Of a stretch of DNA of 64,000 nucleotides, positions 9,824 to 19,448 are shown one piece after another. The notes below the pieces were generated by a model. It saw only the letters and a program-made list of their open reading frames with translations, was not told the DNA's origin and ran no database searches. The stretch is from Trueperaceae bacterium (GTDB lineage Bacteria; Deinococcota; Deinococci; Deinococcales; Trueperaceae): assembly GCA_965214405.1 (NCBI GenBank), contig OZ243956.1:3744001-3808000 (forward strand), written 5' to 3'. Both the position numbers and the translations under genes were made by a program. Each line of letters opens with the position of its first letter. The first letter of the stretch is position 1.

Positions 9824-10612
9824 TTAGACGAAGCGGGCGACGCCGCGGCGACTGGTGGCGCAGAACTCGAGCAGAAGCCTCACGTCACCGCTCACGTCCT
9901 CGGTCTCGGTGGTGAGTTCGTCAAGCCGAACCGCGTCGCGGTAGCGCAGGGCGCGCAGGGCGTGCTCTAGGCGCGCGTAGCGCTCCCCCGTGACGCCGCG
10001 GCGCGTTAAGCCCACCCGGTTGAGGCGGTAGTGCCGCGCCGGATTGCCGCGCGCCATGCTAAAAGGCAAGATGTCCTGGTTGCTCGCGCTGCCCGCGCCG
10101 AACATCGCGTAAGGCCCCACCCGGCAAAACTGGTGCAGCAGCGCCGACGCGCCCAGCACCGCGTAGTCGCCCACCTCGCAGTGGCCGCCCAGTTGCACGT
10201 GCGTCGTCAGCACGCAGCCCCGCCCGACACGCGCGTTGTGCGACGCGTGCGCGTAAGACATCAGCAGCGTGCCCTCGCCTACGCGCGTTTCCTCACCCTC
10301 GCCCGTGGCCCTATGCACGCTCGCAAAGTCGCGCATGACCACCCCGTCTTCTAGAACGGCGGTGCTTGGTTCGCCCCGAAAGCGCGTGTCCATCGGCTCG
10401 CCGCCCACCGTGGCGTAAGGACCCAGCCGACAACCCGCCCCGACGCGCGCGCCGCTTTCTAACACCGTGCCGGGTAGAAGCTGCGTCTTGCGGCCCACCG
10501 TCACGTTCTCATGGATTACCACAAAGGGTCCCACCACCACGTCCGGCGCAAGGTTGGCGCCGGGGTCGATGACGGCGCTCTTGTGGATGCGGGAGGAAAG
10601 AACGTGGCTCAT
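9824..10612 (-). CDS. lpxA: Acyl-ACP--UDP-GlcNAc O-acyltransferase
   Basis: IHKSAVID hexapeptide repeats, GGEPMD, VHRAT, HASHN, LHQFCRVG, NRVGLTRRG. Confidence 0.9.
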   Translation of the reverse strand: MSHVLSSRIHKSAVIDPGANLAPDVVVGPFVVIHENVTVGRKTQLLPGTVLESGARVGAGCRLGPYATVGGEPMDTRFRGEPSTAVLEDGVVMRDFASVHRATGEGEETRVGEGTLLMSYAHASHNARVGRGCVLTTHVQLGGHCEVGDYAVLGASALLHQFCRVGPYAMFGAGSASNQDILPFSMARGNPARHYRLNRVGLTRRGVTGERYARLEHALRALRYRDAVRLDELTTETEDVSGDVRLLLEFCATSRRGVARFV

Positions 10613-10689
10613 GGCGGGGAGGCTTCGTGGTTTGCTGCGTGGTGGCTTGCTGCGTGGTGGCTTGCTGCGTGACGCCCACGATATCAGGT

Positions 10690-11157
10690 TTAGCGGGCAA
10701 ACACGAACGACAGATGGGCTTCGGCGGCGACCTCATCACCGACTAGCGCGGTGGCTTGCACCTTGCAGAGCCCACGGCGGAAGAGGAGGATGTCGCCCGT
10801 GAGGCGTAAAGTATCGCCCGGCACGACCTTGCGCTTGAACTTGGCCCCGTCCACCGCCGCAAGATAGCCGACTTTGCCCGCGCTGCCCCCTTCGCGCGCC
10901 GCCAAGCCCACCGCGGCAGCTTGGGCCAGGGCCTCTAAAATCAGCACCCCCGGCATCACCGGCTCGTCGGGAAAGTGTCCCGCAAAAAAGGGTTCATTGT
11001 AAGAGACATTTTTTAGGCATTCAAAATGGTCGCCCTCCAAGGATATAAAGCGGTCCACAAGCAGAAAAGGATAGCGGTGCGGCAAGATTTCGCGGATATC
11101 TATGCGAATATTTGCAGAGCCTACATCATGAATGTCTGGCGGGCTGGCGGTATCCAT
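10690..11157 (-). CDS. fabZ: 3-hydroxyacyl-ACP dehydratase
   Basis: LPHRYPFLLVD, NEPFFAGHFP, MPGVLILEALAQ. Confidence 0.95.
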   Translation of the reverse strand: MDTASPPDIHDVGSANIRIDIREILPHRYPFLLVDRFISLEGDHFECLKNVSYNEPFFAGHFPDEPVMPGVLILEALAQAAAVGLAAREGGSAGKVGYLAAVDGAKFKRKVVPGDTLRLTGDILLFRRGLCKVQATALVGDEVAAEAHLSFVFAR

Positions 11158-11166
11158 AGCGGCAGT

Positions 11167-12180
11167 TTATCCCAAAAGGGTCTCGGGTTGGGCGGCCTGC
11201 GCGCCTCGCACCGGCTCGAGCTGGCCCTCCGGCCTCATCTGCGCCATAAGCCGGGTGGCGAGTTTTAAGGAGCGTAAATCGTCGTCTAAAGTGCCGATGG
11301 GGGTGGCGCGGCGGCGGATGCGGGCTAAGAAATGCTCGAGTTCTTTACGCAGCGGGTTGTCCTCCTGGACCACGGTGCGGTCCATGTGAACGTGGCTCGC
11401 GCTACCCGCGCCGTGAACCGTGTGCAGCGGGCGGTAGACGGCCATCTCGGTGTGAGGTTCCTTACCGAAGTCAAGCCGCAGCGTTTTTTCGGCCTCGGCC
11501 ACGACCAAGCTGCGCTCGGCGTCGGGGGCGACGCGCGAGGCCAAAAAGCGGGCGATGCAGCCGTTCTGAAAAGTAATCTGCGCGGCGGCCACGTCCTCGA
11601 AGGGCGTGCCGTTGAGTACCCGCCCCGCGACCGTCACCTCGCTGAGTTCGCTCTGCACGAGCCCCAACACGATGTCGATGTCGTGAATCATCAGGTCCAA
11701 AATCACCCCGACGTCCTTGATGCGCGCGTTGGGCGTGAGGCGGCGCGCTTCAATCAAATAGGGGTCGGTCACCTGGTCGCTTAGGAGCTGCACGGCTCGG
11801 TAGAAGCGGGTGATGTGACCCACTTGCAAAACCCGGTCGAGGCGGCGGCTTAGGTCGGCCAAAAACTGCGCCTGCGGTACGCTCGTCGCGGCGGGCTTTT
11901 CGACGAGCACGTGGACGCCCGCCTCCAAAAAATGTTTGGCGAGGCCGTAGTGCAGGCTGGTCGGCGCGGCGATACTTACGGCGTCGGGGGCTTCGCGCGC
12001 CAAGAGGGTGGCCGCGTCCGCGTAGGCGGCGACGGCGTAGCTCGAGCGCGCCTCCGCGCGGCGCGTTTCTAGGGGGTCGACCACGGCGACGAGGTCGGTG
12101 TAGGGCAGGGCCGCGTAGACGTTGGCGTGGTGTTTGCCCATCACGCCAAAGCCGATCACGGCGACTTTGAGGCTTTTCAT
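11167..12180 (-). CDS. Gfo/Idh/MocA oxidoreductase (GnnA-like UDP-GlcNAc 3-dehydrogenase candidate)
   Basis: GFGVMG, HVLVEKP, DVGVILDLMIHDID; lies between lpxC and fabZ. Confidence 0.8.
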   Translation of the reverse strand: MKSLKVAVIGFGVMGKHHANVYAALPYTDLVAVVDPLETRRAEARSSYAVAAYADAATLLAREAPDAVSIAAPTSLHYGLAKHFLEAGVHVLVEKPAATSVPQAQFLADLSRRLDRVLQVGHITRFYRAVQLLSDQVTDPYLIEARRLTPNARIKDVGVILDLMIHDIDIVLGLVQSELSEVTVAGRVLNGTPFEDVAAAQITFQNGCIARFLASRVAPDAERSLVVAEAEKTLRLDFGKEPHTEMAVYRPLHTVHGAGSASHVHMDRTVVQEDNPLRKELEHFLARIRRRATPIGTLDDDLRSLKLATRLMAQMRPEGQLEPVRGAQAAQPETLLG

Positions 12181-12971
12181 AGGGACGCTCCCGGTGTCTG
12201 CAACGTGCGCGTGAGTTCGCGTAAAAACGTGACGTGGGCACCGTGCGAGCCGCGCACGACCTCTAGCCGACCCAAGAGCGGTCGCCCCAAGAGAAAAGAA
12301 TCACCGAGCCAGTCGAGCGCCTTGTGGCGCACGGGCTCATCAGGGTAGCGTAGGAGTTGCAAGGGGGCCTCATCGCCAAAGACGATAGCATTTTCGAGCC
12401 CCGCCGCGGTAGCGAGGCCGCGCGCGCGCAGCGCCTCTAGTTCGCTCAAAAAGCCAAAGGTGCGTGCCGGAAGGAGCGTCTCGTAATCTTCGGGGGAGCC
12501 GCGCCAGCGTTGCCGCCCCACCGCGGGGTGGGCAAAGTGAATGCTCGCGTCTAAGTTCGGGTCGCCGGGCGTGAGCGAGAAACGCGTTTCACCCAAAGAG
12601 AGGGAAAAGGGTTGCGTCACCGCCAGACCTTGCGGCGCTGGGGGCGGCGGGCCGAGCGCGTCCAGCAGGGGCAGCCACGGGGCCGCCGAGCCGTCTAAGA
12701 TAGGCAGTTCGTCCGCGCTCGCTTCGATGACCAGCCCCCGCCACCAGCCGCGCACGTGCAAGGCGGCCAAAAGGTGCTCGACCAACGAGACGCGCGTTCC
12801 GTCCGCACCCAGTGTGGTGCAGCGTGAGGTGCTGGTGACTGAAGCGAGCCTCGCCGGAACCTCCCGCGCGCCCCGCCGAAAGCGCACCCCGCCCTCCGCC
12901 CGGTGCAGGCGCACGCGGCAGGGCGCGCCACTGTGAAGACCTAAGCCGCTCATCGTCGGGCCGCTCATCAT
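12177..12971 (-). CDS. lpxC: UDP-3-O-acyl-GlcNAc deacetylase
   Basis: [36 protein letters not shown]. Confidence 0.92.
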   Translation of the reverse strand: MMSGPTMSGLGLHSGAPCRVRLHRAEGGVRFRRGAREVPARLASVTSTSRCTTLGADGTRVSLVEHLLAALHVRGWWRGLVIEASADELPILDGSAAPWLPLLDALGPPPPAPQGLAVTQPFSLSLGETRFSLTPGDPNLDASIHFAHPAVGRQRWRGSPEDYETLLPARTFGFLSELEALRARGLATAAGLENAIVFGDEAPLQLLRYPDEPVRHKALDWLGDSFLLGRPLLGRLEVVRGSHGAHVTFLRELTRTLQTPGASL

Positions 12972-14011
12972 GAGCTGTTCTCGTCACGGTCCAAAATCTT
13001 GACGCGCGTCCAGATGGTCTCGAGCCGCCCCAGCAAATAGAGCCCCCGCACCCAGGCGCGGTAAGGCCGCGCCGGAAACCCCGCCCAGGTCTCGCCCGCG
13101 GGCACGTTCTTGATCACGCCCGCGCGCCCCGCAATCTGCGCGCCGTCGCCAATCGTCAGGTGGTCGGCGAAGCCCGCGTTGCCCCCCACCACGACGCCGT
13201 TACCCAGCGTGGTGCTGCCCGCGATGCCGACGGTGCCCGCGACGAGGCAGTCCGCGCCGATGCGGACGTTGTGCCCAATCTGACACAAATTGTCGATTTT
13301 GGTGCGCGGCCCGATAACGGTCGCGTGGAGCGTGCCGCGGTCGACGCAGGTGTTCGCGCCGATTTCGACGTCGTCACCAATCTCAACCGTGCCGAGGTGG
13401 TGAATCTTGACCGCCCCCCGCAGCCCGCGCGCGTAGCCGAAGCCGTCCGCGCCGAGGACCACGCCGCTATGCAGCGTCACCCTCGAGCCCAGCCGAACCC
13501 CGTCGTAAAGCGTGACGTTGGCGTGAAGCACGCACCCCTCGCCCACGACCGCGCCCGCCCCGACGACGCAGCCGGGATGAATCACGCAGCCGTCGCCGAG
13601 CCGCGCGCCCGCCTCAATCACGACACCCGCGGCCACCGAAAGGTTTTCCCCCAGCTCCGCTTTCGGATGAACGTGCGCCGCCGGAGACACGCCGGGCACT
13701 GGGTGGGGTCGCGTGTCGAAAAGGGCGCTCAATGTGGCTAGCGCGAGCCGCGTGTCCGCCACCCGGAGTAGGAGGTGCGGCGAAGTGACCTCCGCCCCCT
13801 CCGGCACCACCACCAGACCCACGGGCGCGCCTTTAAGCGCCACTACCTGCGCCGCCGTCTCCGCCACCACCACGCTGCCGGGTTGCGGCGCTGTGAGGGG
13901 TGCGAGATTTGTAACGGGTTCCGTGACGGGCGTACCCGCGTGTTCAAGCCGCCCACCAAGCAGGGTCGTTAACCTTTCGGCGTCGAGCGGGGCGGGGTCA
14001 GCGCGGGTCAT
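12968..14011 (-). CDS. lpxD: UDP-3-O-acyl-glucosamine N-acyltransferase
   Basis: [31 protein letters not shown]. Confidence 0.93.
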   Translation of the reverse strand: MTRADPAPLDAERLTTLLGGRLEHAGTPVTEPVTNLAPLTAPQPGSVVVAETAAQVVALKGAPVGLVVVPEGAEVTSPHLLLRVADTRLALATLSALFDTRPHPVPGVSPAAHVHPKAELGENLSVAAGVVIEAGARLGDGCVIHPGCVVGAGAVVGEGCVLHANVTLYDGVRLGSRVTLHSGVVLGADGFGYARGLRGAVKIHHLGTVEIGDDVEIGANTCVDRGTLHATVIGPRTKIDNLCQIGHNVRIGADCLVAGTVGIAGSTTLGNGVVVGGNAGFADHLTIGDGAQIAGRAGVIKNVPAGETWAGFPARPYRAWVRGLYLLGRLETIWTRVKILDRDENSS

Positions 14012-15758
14012 CGTTTAACGGAGGGTCCTCCTCGATGGGGGGCGACGGAGGCTCGGGCGAGGGCTCGGCTTCGATGATGTCTTCTCCTTCTCCTGACGTT
14101 TCCGGCGTGTCGTCAGCCTCCACAGAAATGTTCACCGTTTGGGAGCCCTGCACGACGTAAGGCAGCGGCAGGCGCTTGAGCCGCTTATATTCACCGTCGA
14201 TATTCGTCTCGACAACCAGCTCGCTCGACTGGACGTGCTCGCGTAAGGCGACGAGGAGTTCGGAAAAGGACAAGACGGGGTCGCCGTCCTCATCCGCGCC
14301 GCCGCCGTCGGCTTGGGCCTCGAGCCCGCCCCGCACGGTCACGTCAAGCGTGCCCGTCGCCTCCTCGGGCAATGGGATGCGCAGCGTTTTGACCTCGGGC
14401 TCGCCCCGGTAGGGTTGCAGCCTCACGAACAAGGTGAGCGTGTCGCCCGCGTTTAACGTGTCAACGTCCGCCACCACCTGAACGACCTCCGCGTACCGCT
14501 GCGCCGAGGTCAAGGTGACGTTGAGATTGACGTTTTCGATACCGGGGTCGGCAAAGATGTTGTCGGCGAGCACCGCCAAGGGTTCGGCGGCGAGCGCGGC
14601 GGCGGCCCCGGCGACGTCGTCAGGGCTGGTGACCTGCTCGAGCACCCGCACCGTCTCGCCGCCCTCAAGCGCGATTTCCCAGGCCAGCTCGGCGGAGCCG
14701 CCGCTCACGTGCTCGCGCGCCTCGTCAAAGACTTGCAGGCTCGCCGCGCCCAACAGCGGCGCGTAAAGCGTGGGGTCGTCGGTCACTTCAAAGCGTTTGG
14801 TCACACTTTCCCGGTCGGCCCTAAGCGTGAGCGATACGGGCAGAAAGTCGGGCGTCTGGTCCAGCGTGCCGCCGATGGCGTAAGACCGGTCTTGAGTCAC
14901 CGCGCCGAGCGCGCGTTCGCCGCTGTCGGCAAGCTTGAAAGGCACCACTTCGCTGGGGACGATATAGGAGACGTAAGCGGGCTCGAGCGCAAACGAGACC
15001 TCACCCTGGTTCAAAAGAGGGTGCCCAAAGGCCAAGAAGGTGCCGTCCTCGTTCAGGCGCGTCAGGGTGCCGACGGCGGCGATGGTCACGTCGCCGCGCA
15101 CGAGCGAGACGCTGATGGCGGAGCCGGGCTCGAGCGTATACGTTTCGTCCCGATTGCTATTCACGCCACCGCCCAAAACCTGCACCGGAAACGGCGTCAC
15201 GTCACCTCTAAAAAGAGGGGAGAGGGCGGCGCTCGAGCGTTCCGAAAGTCCCGATAGGAGCAGGGGCGTAGTCACGGGCATCGCCGGGCCGAGTCCCGCA
15301 AAAGCAGCCTCACCAAAGGGTGTGAAAAAGGGTGTGAATGCAGGGAGCGAGGCGGTTTGTTCAATCTGCGTAGCCCGCTCCATCGTCTCGATGGGCGTGA
15401 CCAGCGCCAAGCTGTGGTCGCTGTTGGGGAAGGTGTAGCCAATCGCGCCCAAGAGCGCATCCTCACCTTCAAAAGGCAGATAGACCGGGCTGCCACTCAT
15501 CCCCGCCGCGACGCCGCCCGAACGCTCGATAAAGGGGCCGCTCGCCCTGACGAGCACCACCGGAAAGCCCGTGCCGACGTCCATTTGCAAGCCCAAAACC
15601 TCGACCGGAAACGTTTCCAACACATTTCCCGGCCCCGCCGTGACGCCGTGGCCCATTTGACCGACGCGAAGCGCATCTAGAGGAAAATCCGTGGGAGAGT
15701 CCGCCGCCCAAGCCCATCCCGCCGTCAGCAGGAGCAAAACCGCCTGAATCCTTAACAC
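13998..15758 (-). CDS. SpoIVB-like peptidase S55 domain protein, secreted
   Basis: Signal peptide; [18 protein letters not shown]; acidic Pro-rich tail. Confidence 0.8.
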   Translation of the reverse strand: MLRIQAVLLLLTAGWAWAADSPTDFPLDALRVGQMGHGVTAGPGNVLETFPVEVLGLQMDVGTGFPVVLVRASGPFIERSGGVAAGMSGSPVYLPFEGEDALLGAIGYTFPNSDHSLALVTPIETMERATQIEQTASLPAFTPFFTPFGEAAFAGLGPAMPVTTPLLLSGLSERSSAALSPLFRGDVTPFPVQVLGGGVNSNRDETYTLEPGSAISVSLVRGDVTIAAVGTLTRLNEDGTFLAFGHPLLNQGEVSFALEPAYVSYIVPSEVVPFKLADSGERALGAVTQDRSYAIGGTLDQTPDFLPVSLTLRADRESVTKRFEVTDDPTLYAPLLGAASLQVFDEAREHVSGGSAELAWEIALEGGETVRVLEQVTSPDDVAGAAAALAAEPLAVLADNIFADPGIENVNLNVTLTSAQRYAEVVQVVADVDTLNAGDTLTLFVRLQPYRGEPEVKTLRIPLPEEATGTLDVTVRGGLEAQADGGGADEDGDPVLSFSELLVALREHVQSSELVVETNIDGEYKRLKRLPLPYVVQGSQTVNISVEADDTPETSGEGEDIIEAEPSPEPPSPPIEEDPPLNDDPR

Positions 15759-15796
15759 GCCCGCTATCGTACCTCTTTATGACGCCCTGGGTACCT

Positions 15797-16831
15797 CTAA
15801 CGCCTCAAATGGGCGTCCGACAGCAGCGTTCCCTTGAGCGTCCCCAACATGTCGAGCGCCATCCCGGTGCCCAAAGCCACGCAGTCAGTCGCGTCTTCGG
15901 CGACCGCCACGGGGATGCCCGTCGTTTGCCGCAAGAGCTCGTCAAAGTTTTTGAGCAAGGCCCCGCCGCCCGTCATGATGATGCCGCGGTCGATGATGTC
16001 CGCGACGAGTTCGGGCGGGGCGCTCTCCAACACCCGCCGCACCCCGTCCGCAATCTTTTGTAGAGGCTCTTTAAGCGCCTCGACCACGTCTTCGGTATCG
16101 ACGGTAATGGTCTTGGGCAGACCGTTGATGAGGTCGCGCCCGCGCACCTCGAGTTCATGCACGTCTTCGGGACCCCTGACCAACGCCGCGCCGATTTTCA
16201 TCTTGACCTCTTCGGCGGTGCGGTCGCCAATCAGCAAATTTTCCTTGTGGCGAATCGCGCGGATAATTGACTCGTCAAACTCGTTGCCCGCGATTCTCAA
16301 AGACTCGGACACGACGATGCCGCCCAGCGCGATCACCGCGATGTCGGTCGTGCCCCCGCCGATATCGACGATCATCGAGCCCGTCGGCTCGGCGATGTTG
16401 ACCCCCGCGCCCACCGCGGCGGCTAAAGGCTCCTCGATCAAAAAAGCGCGCCGCCCGAGCTCGCGCGTCGCCTGCAAGACCGCGCGGCGCTCGACCTCGG
16501 TCACGCCCGAGGGCACGCAGACCATGATCTGCGGCCTGTTGAAAAAGCGCCCCGGCCCCCTGATAGCTTTGCGGACAAACGCTTTTAACATCTTTTCGGT
16601 AAGGTCGTAGTCGGCAATCACCCCGTCGCGCATGGGCCGCACCGCAACAATGTTGCCGGGGGTGCGCCCGAGCATCCGGTAGGCCTCGTCGCCCACCGCC
16701 TTGACCTCGCCCGTATCGCGGACCACCGCGATCACCGAGGGCTCACGGAGCATGATGCCCTTGCCCTTGACGTAGATAAGCACCGTCGCCGTGCCTAGGT
16801 CGACCCCTATTTCTTGCCATAATCTAAACAC
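15797..16831 (-). CDS. mreB: Rod shape-determining actin MreB
   Basis: GVDLGTA, EPSVIA, RPMRDGVIAD, DIGGGTTD, TGGGALL. Confidence 0.95.
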   Translation of the reverse strand: MFRLWQEIGVDLGTATVLIYVKGKGIMLREPSVIAVVRDTGEVKAVGDEAYRMLGRTPGNIVAVRPMRDGVIADYDLTEKMLKAFVRKAIRGPGRFFNRPQIMVCVPSGVTEVERRAVLQATRELGRRAFLIEEPLAAAVGAGVNIAEPTGSMIVDIGGGTTDIAVIALGGIVVSESLRIAGNEFDESIIRAIRHKENLLIGDRTAEEVKMKIGAALVRGPEDVHELEVRGRDLINGLPKTITVDTEDVVEALKEPLQKIADGVRRVLESAPPELVADIIDRGIIMTGGGALLKNFDELLRQTTGIPVAVAEDATDCVALGTGMALDMLGTLKGTLLSDAHLRR

Positions 16832-17181
16832 ACTCGTCTCCCCAAAGGGCCGCGTCCTCTTGCGGTACCCGTGATCGTGCGTGGTTACGCCCTCTTTAAC
16901 GGCTCCACAAATGAGATGTAACGGGAACCGCGCTAGCGCAGTATACCGTCCCTACATAGCGCGCACGCACGTGAAAAAATGCACGTCTTATAGCAGGTCT
17001 GCCCACGGGCATTTGTGCCCTGCAAGGGTATAAATCATCCCTTTTGAGCGAGATTTAACCTACGCATTACTGTCCGGAACGCGGCTTACAGGATGATACT
17101 TGCGCTGAATTCGCTCAATGCCAATGAAAACCGCTGTAGCCTGCGATCAAACACGCCCGCCAAACCCAAAGCGCCCCAAAA

Positions 17182-17757
17182 TTATAGATAAAGCGGCTCG
17201 AGCCCCTCACTTTTACCCTCTTTCGCCCCTCTCTCATACGCCTGTTTCGCCAAGTAAACCGCGTCGGGCGGGACGTCCTCGAGGTAGCGAAGTCCCGGAC
17301 GCTGCATCAAGGACGCACGAGCCACCTTTTCGACCTCACCCGCCTGCACCACCCACTCCCCCTGCTTGCGGAACATCCCCGCGTACACGTTGCCCCGCCG
17401 CGCGTCCAAGGCCACGACCGCCTCTTCCGCCCCGCCAAGCGCCCCATACGCCATCGCCTCGAGCGAGCCCCTACCCACGATTGGGACGCCGAGCCCTCGA
17501 GCCAACCCCTTGGCCGCCGCCACCCCGACGCGCAGCCCCGTATACGACCCCGGCCCCAGCCCCACCCCGACGCCGCGGATATCCCTCCGGCGAACCCCCG
17601 CCCTCTCCAACAGCCCCTCCAACTCCGGCACGAGCCGCTTGGCGTGGTCGCGGCCCACCGCGTCGCAAAAAGTGGCGAGAGGTCCCGCTTCAGGCGACCA
17701 CAGGGCCAGCGCGAGATACGTGCTGGCGGTGTCGAGACCCAAGTAGAGTGGGGTCAC
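17182..17757 (-). CDS. tsaB: tRNA threonylcarbamoyladenosine biosynthesis protein TsaB
   Basis: LGLDTAS, GPGSYTGLRVG, LDARRGNVY, C-terminal EPLYL. Confidence 0.92.
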   Translation of the reverse strand: MTPLYLGLDTASTYLALALWSPEAGPLATFCDAVGRDHAKRLVPELEGLLERAGVRRRDIRGVGVGLGPGSYTGLRVGVAAAKGLARGLGVPIVGRGSLEAMAYGALGGAEEAVVALDARRGNVYAGMFRKQGEWVVQAGEVEKVARASLMQRPGLRYLEDVPPDAVYLAKQAYERGAKEGKSEGLEPLYL

Positions 17758-18215
17758 GTGAGAAAAGTGTCTCTGTTTTGCTTGAAAAATGTAATCACAG
17801 GTTCCGCGGGTGGCCCCAGATTTTCTGGAAGGGCGTTTAAGTCTATAAACTTTACCTCAACGCCCTCCTCACCGTCAGCCCGCAGTTCGCCCTCAAACTC
17901 GCGCGTCACAAAGGCGACGGTCACGTTATGCACTTCGTCGCCGTTGGGAACGAACCAGTGAAAGCCCGGACCCGAAAAAACGCCGAGGAGCTCTATAGCG
18001 TGCGCCTCGAGCCCCGTTTCCTCACGCAGTTCCCGGCGGGCGGTCTCTTCGATTCTCTCCCCAAGTTCCATGTAACCGCCGGGCACGTGCCAAGCACCCG
18101 TATGGGCGCGCCGCTGCATGAGAAGGCGCTCTTGGTCAACAGCCAAGATCATCGCGCTGACAAGGATGAGGGGCCGGTTTCCTACGAGTGCGCGCACCTC
18201 TCTGATGTAGTCCAT
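17754..18215 (-). CDS. NUDIX hydrolase
   Basis: Nudix box GGYMELGERIEETARRELREETGL. Confidence 0.9.
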   Translation of the reverse strand: MDYIREVRALVGNRPLILVSAMILAVDQERLLMQRRAHTGAWHVPGGYMELGERIEETARRELREETGLEAHAIELLGVFSGPGFHWFVPNGDEVHNVTVAFVTREFEGELRADGEEGVEVKFIDLNALPENLGPPAEPVITFFKQNRDTFLT

Positions 18216-18395
18216 GAGGCTATCTTAACAGCGCGTTCTTTGACGGCTTGCAGGTAACCAACGCCTTTGCTAGACTCGCAAAACAGTGGTTTAAGCTCCA
18301 GATGTGCAAGACCGAGAAGAACACTGAGAAGAACGTTGAACGGGTTTCACACCCTCGAGTGGTTACCCCCAAGTCTTTGTTACTTTGGAGCAGTT

Positions 18396-18977
18396 GTGAC
18401 ACTCAAACTAAAAACTGAACGCCTACTGATTCGCAACTTTCGTGAAGATGACTGGCAGAGCATCGTCGCCCGCAGCACCCAGGAAGATGTCGCAAAGTAC
18501 ATGGCGTGGGACACGTCGACGTGGGCGGAAAAAGAGAAAGTTGTCGGCTGGATTAGGGAGCAGCAAACGTTTGACTTGGGCACCTTTGGAAAGTATGTGG
18601 AGTTTGCCGTCGAGCTTGACGGCGAATCCATCGGCGTTGTGGGTATCAAACGCACCAGCAGGACGAATAAAGTTGCGGAAGTCGGTTGGGACTTAGGCCC
18701 CGCGCACTGGGGCCAAGGTTACGCGACGGAAGCGAACGGGGCCTTTATCGACCACTGCTTTAGACACCTCGACCTACACCGCATCACCTCCTTGTGCGAC
18801 GCACGTAACGAAGGGTCTTGGCGACTCATGGAGCGGCTAGGCATGAGGCGTGAGGCGCATCACCTCGAGAGTAGTTTTATCAAAAGCGAGTGGGCGGACG
18901 ACCTCGTCTACGCCGTTTTGCGTAGCGAGTGGTTGGCGCGGCCCAAGCCGGGCTATGAGGTGCTGGCCTCGAGCTAA
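18396..18977 (+). CDS. GNAT N-acetyltransferase (RimJ/RimL family)
   Basis: KTERLLIR, WGQGYATEA, NEGSWRLMERLGM; GGAG RBS before GTG. Confidence 0.85.
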   Translation: MTLKLKTERLLIRNFREDDWQSIVARSTQEDVAKYMAWDTSTWAEKEKVVGWIREQQTFDLGTFGKYVEFAVELDGESIGVVGIKRTSRTNKVAEVGWDLGPAHWGQGYATEANGAFIDHCFRHLDLHRITSLCDARNEGSWRLMERLGMRREAHHLESSFIKSEWADDLVYAVLRSEWLARPKPGYEVLASS

Positions 18978-18998
18978 GCGGGTGAGATGTAAATAGAC

Positions 18999-19448
18999 CT
19001 ACTCGAGCGGCGCGCCGCCCCGCTCTAGGTGCGCGCGGCGTGCGCCGTCGTCAAGCTCGAGCCGCACCACCAGCGCCTCGGGGTAAGACTCCAAAAGCGC
19101 CTCGCCCCACTCGACCACCACGAGCCGCGCCCGGTCTAAGTAATCTTCCAAACCCAGCCCAAAAAGCGCCTCGGCGGACGGGAGGCGGTAGGCGTCGACG
19201 TGGACTAATGCGCCCTCCGGCGTGGGATATTCGTGAATGAGCGTATAGGTCGGGGAGCTTGTCTGGGCGTCTGAAAGGAGCGCCTGACCCAGAAACTGGG
19301 TGAAGGTGGTTTTGCCCGCGCCGAGAGGCCCGACGAGCAGCAAGAGCGTTCCGGCGGGGGCCATCTGGAGCACTTTACGCGCGAGGGCGCGCGTGTCGTC
19401 AAGCGAATGTAGGTCCACGGAGGATGTTACCAAAGGCCTCCATGTCAC
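18999..19448 (-). CDS. tsaE: tRNA threonylcarbamoyladenosine ATPase TsaE (start may be 19418)
   Basis: GPLGAGKTT, SPTYTLIHEY, HVDAYRL, VVEWG. Confidence 0.9.
   Translation of the reverse strand: MTWRPLVTSSVDLHSLDDTRALARKVLQMAPAGTLLLLVGPLGAGKTTFTQFLGQALLSDAQTSSPTYTLIHEYPTPEGALVHVDAYRLPSAEALFGLGLEDYLDRARLVVVEWGEALLESYPEALVVRLELDDGARRAHLERGGAPLE

Noticed and set aside
17118..17840. Pro-rich 240-aa plus-strand ORF and similar antisense ORFs
   Set aside because: Shadow frames of genuine genes in GC-rich DNA
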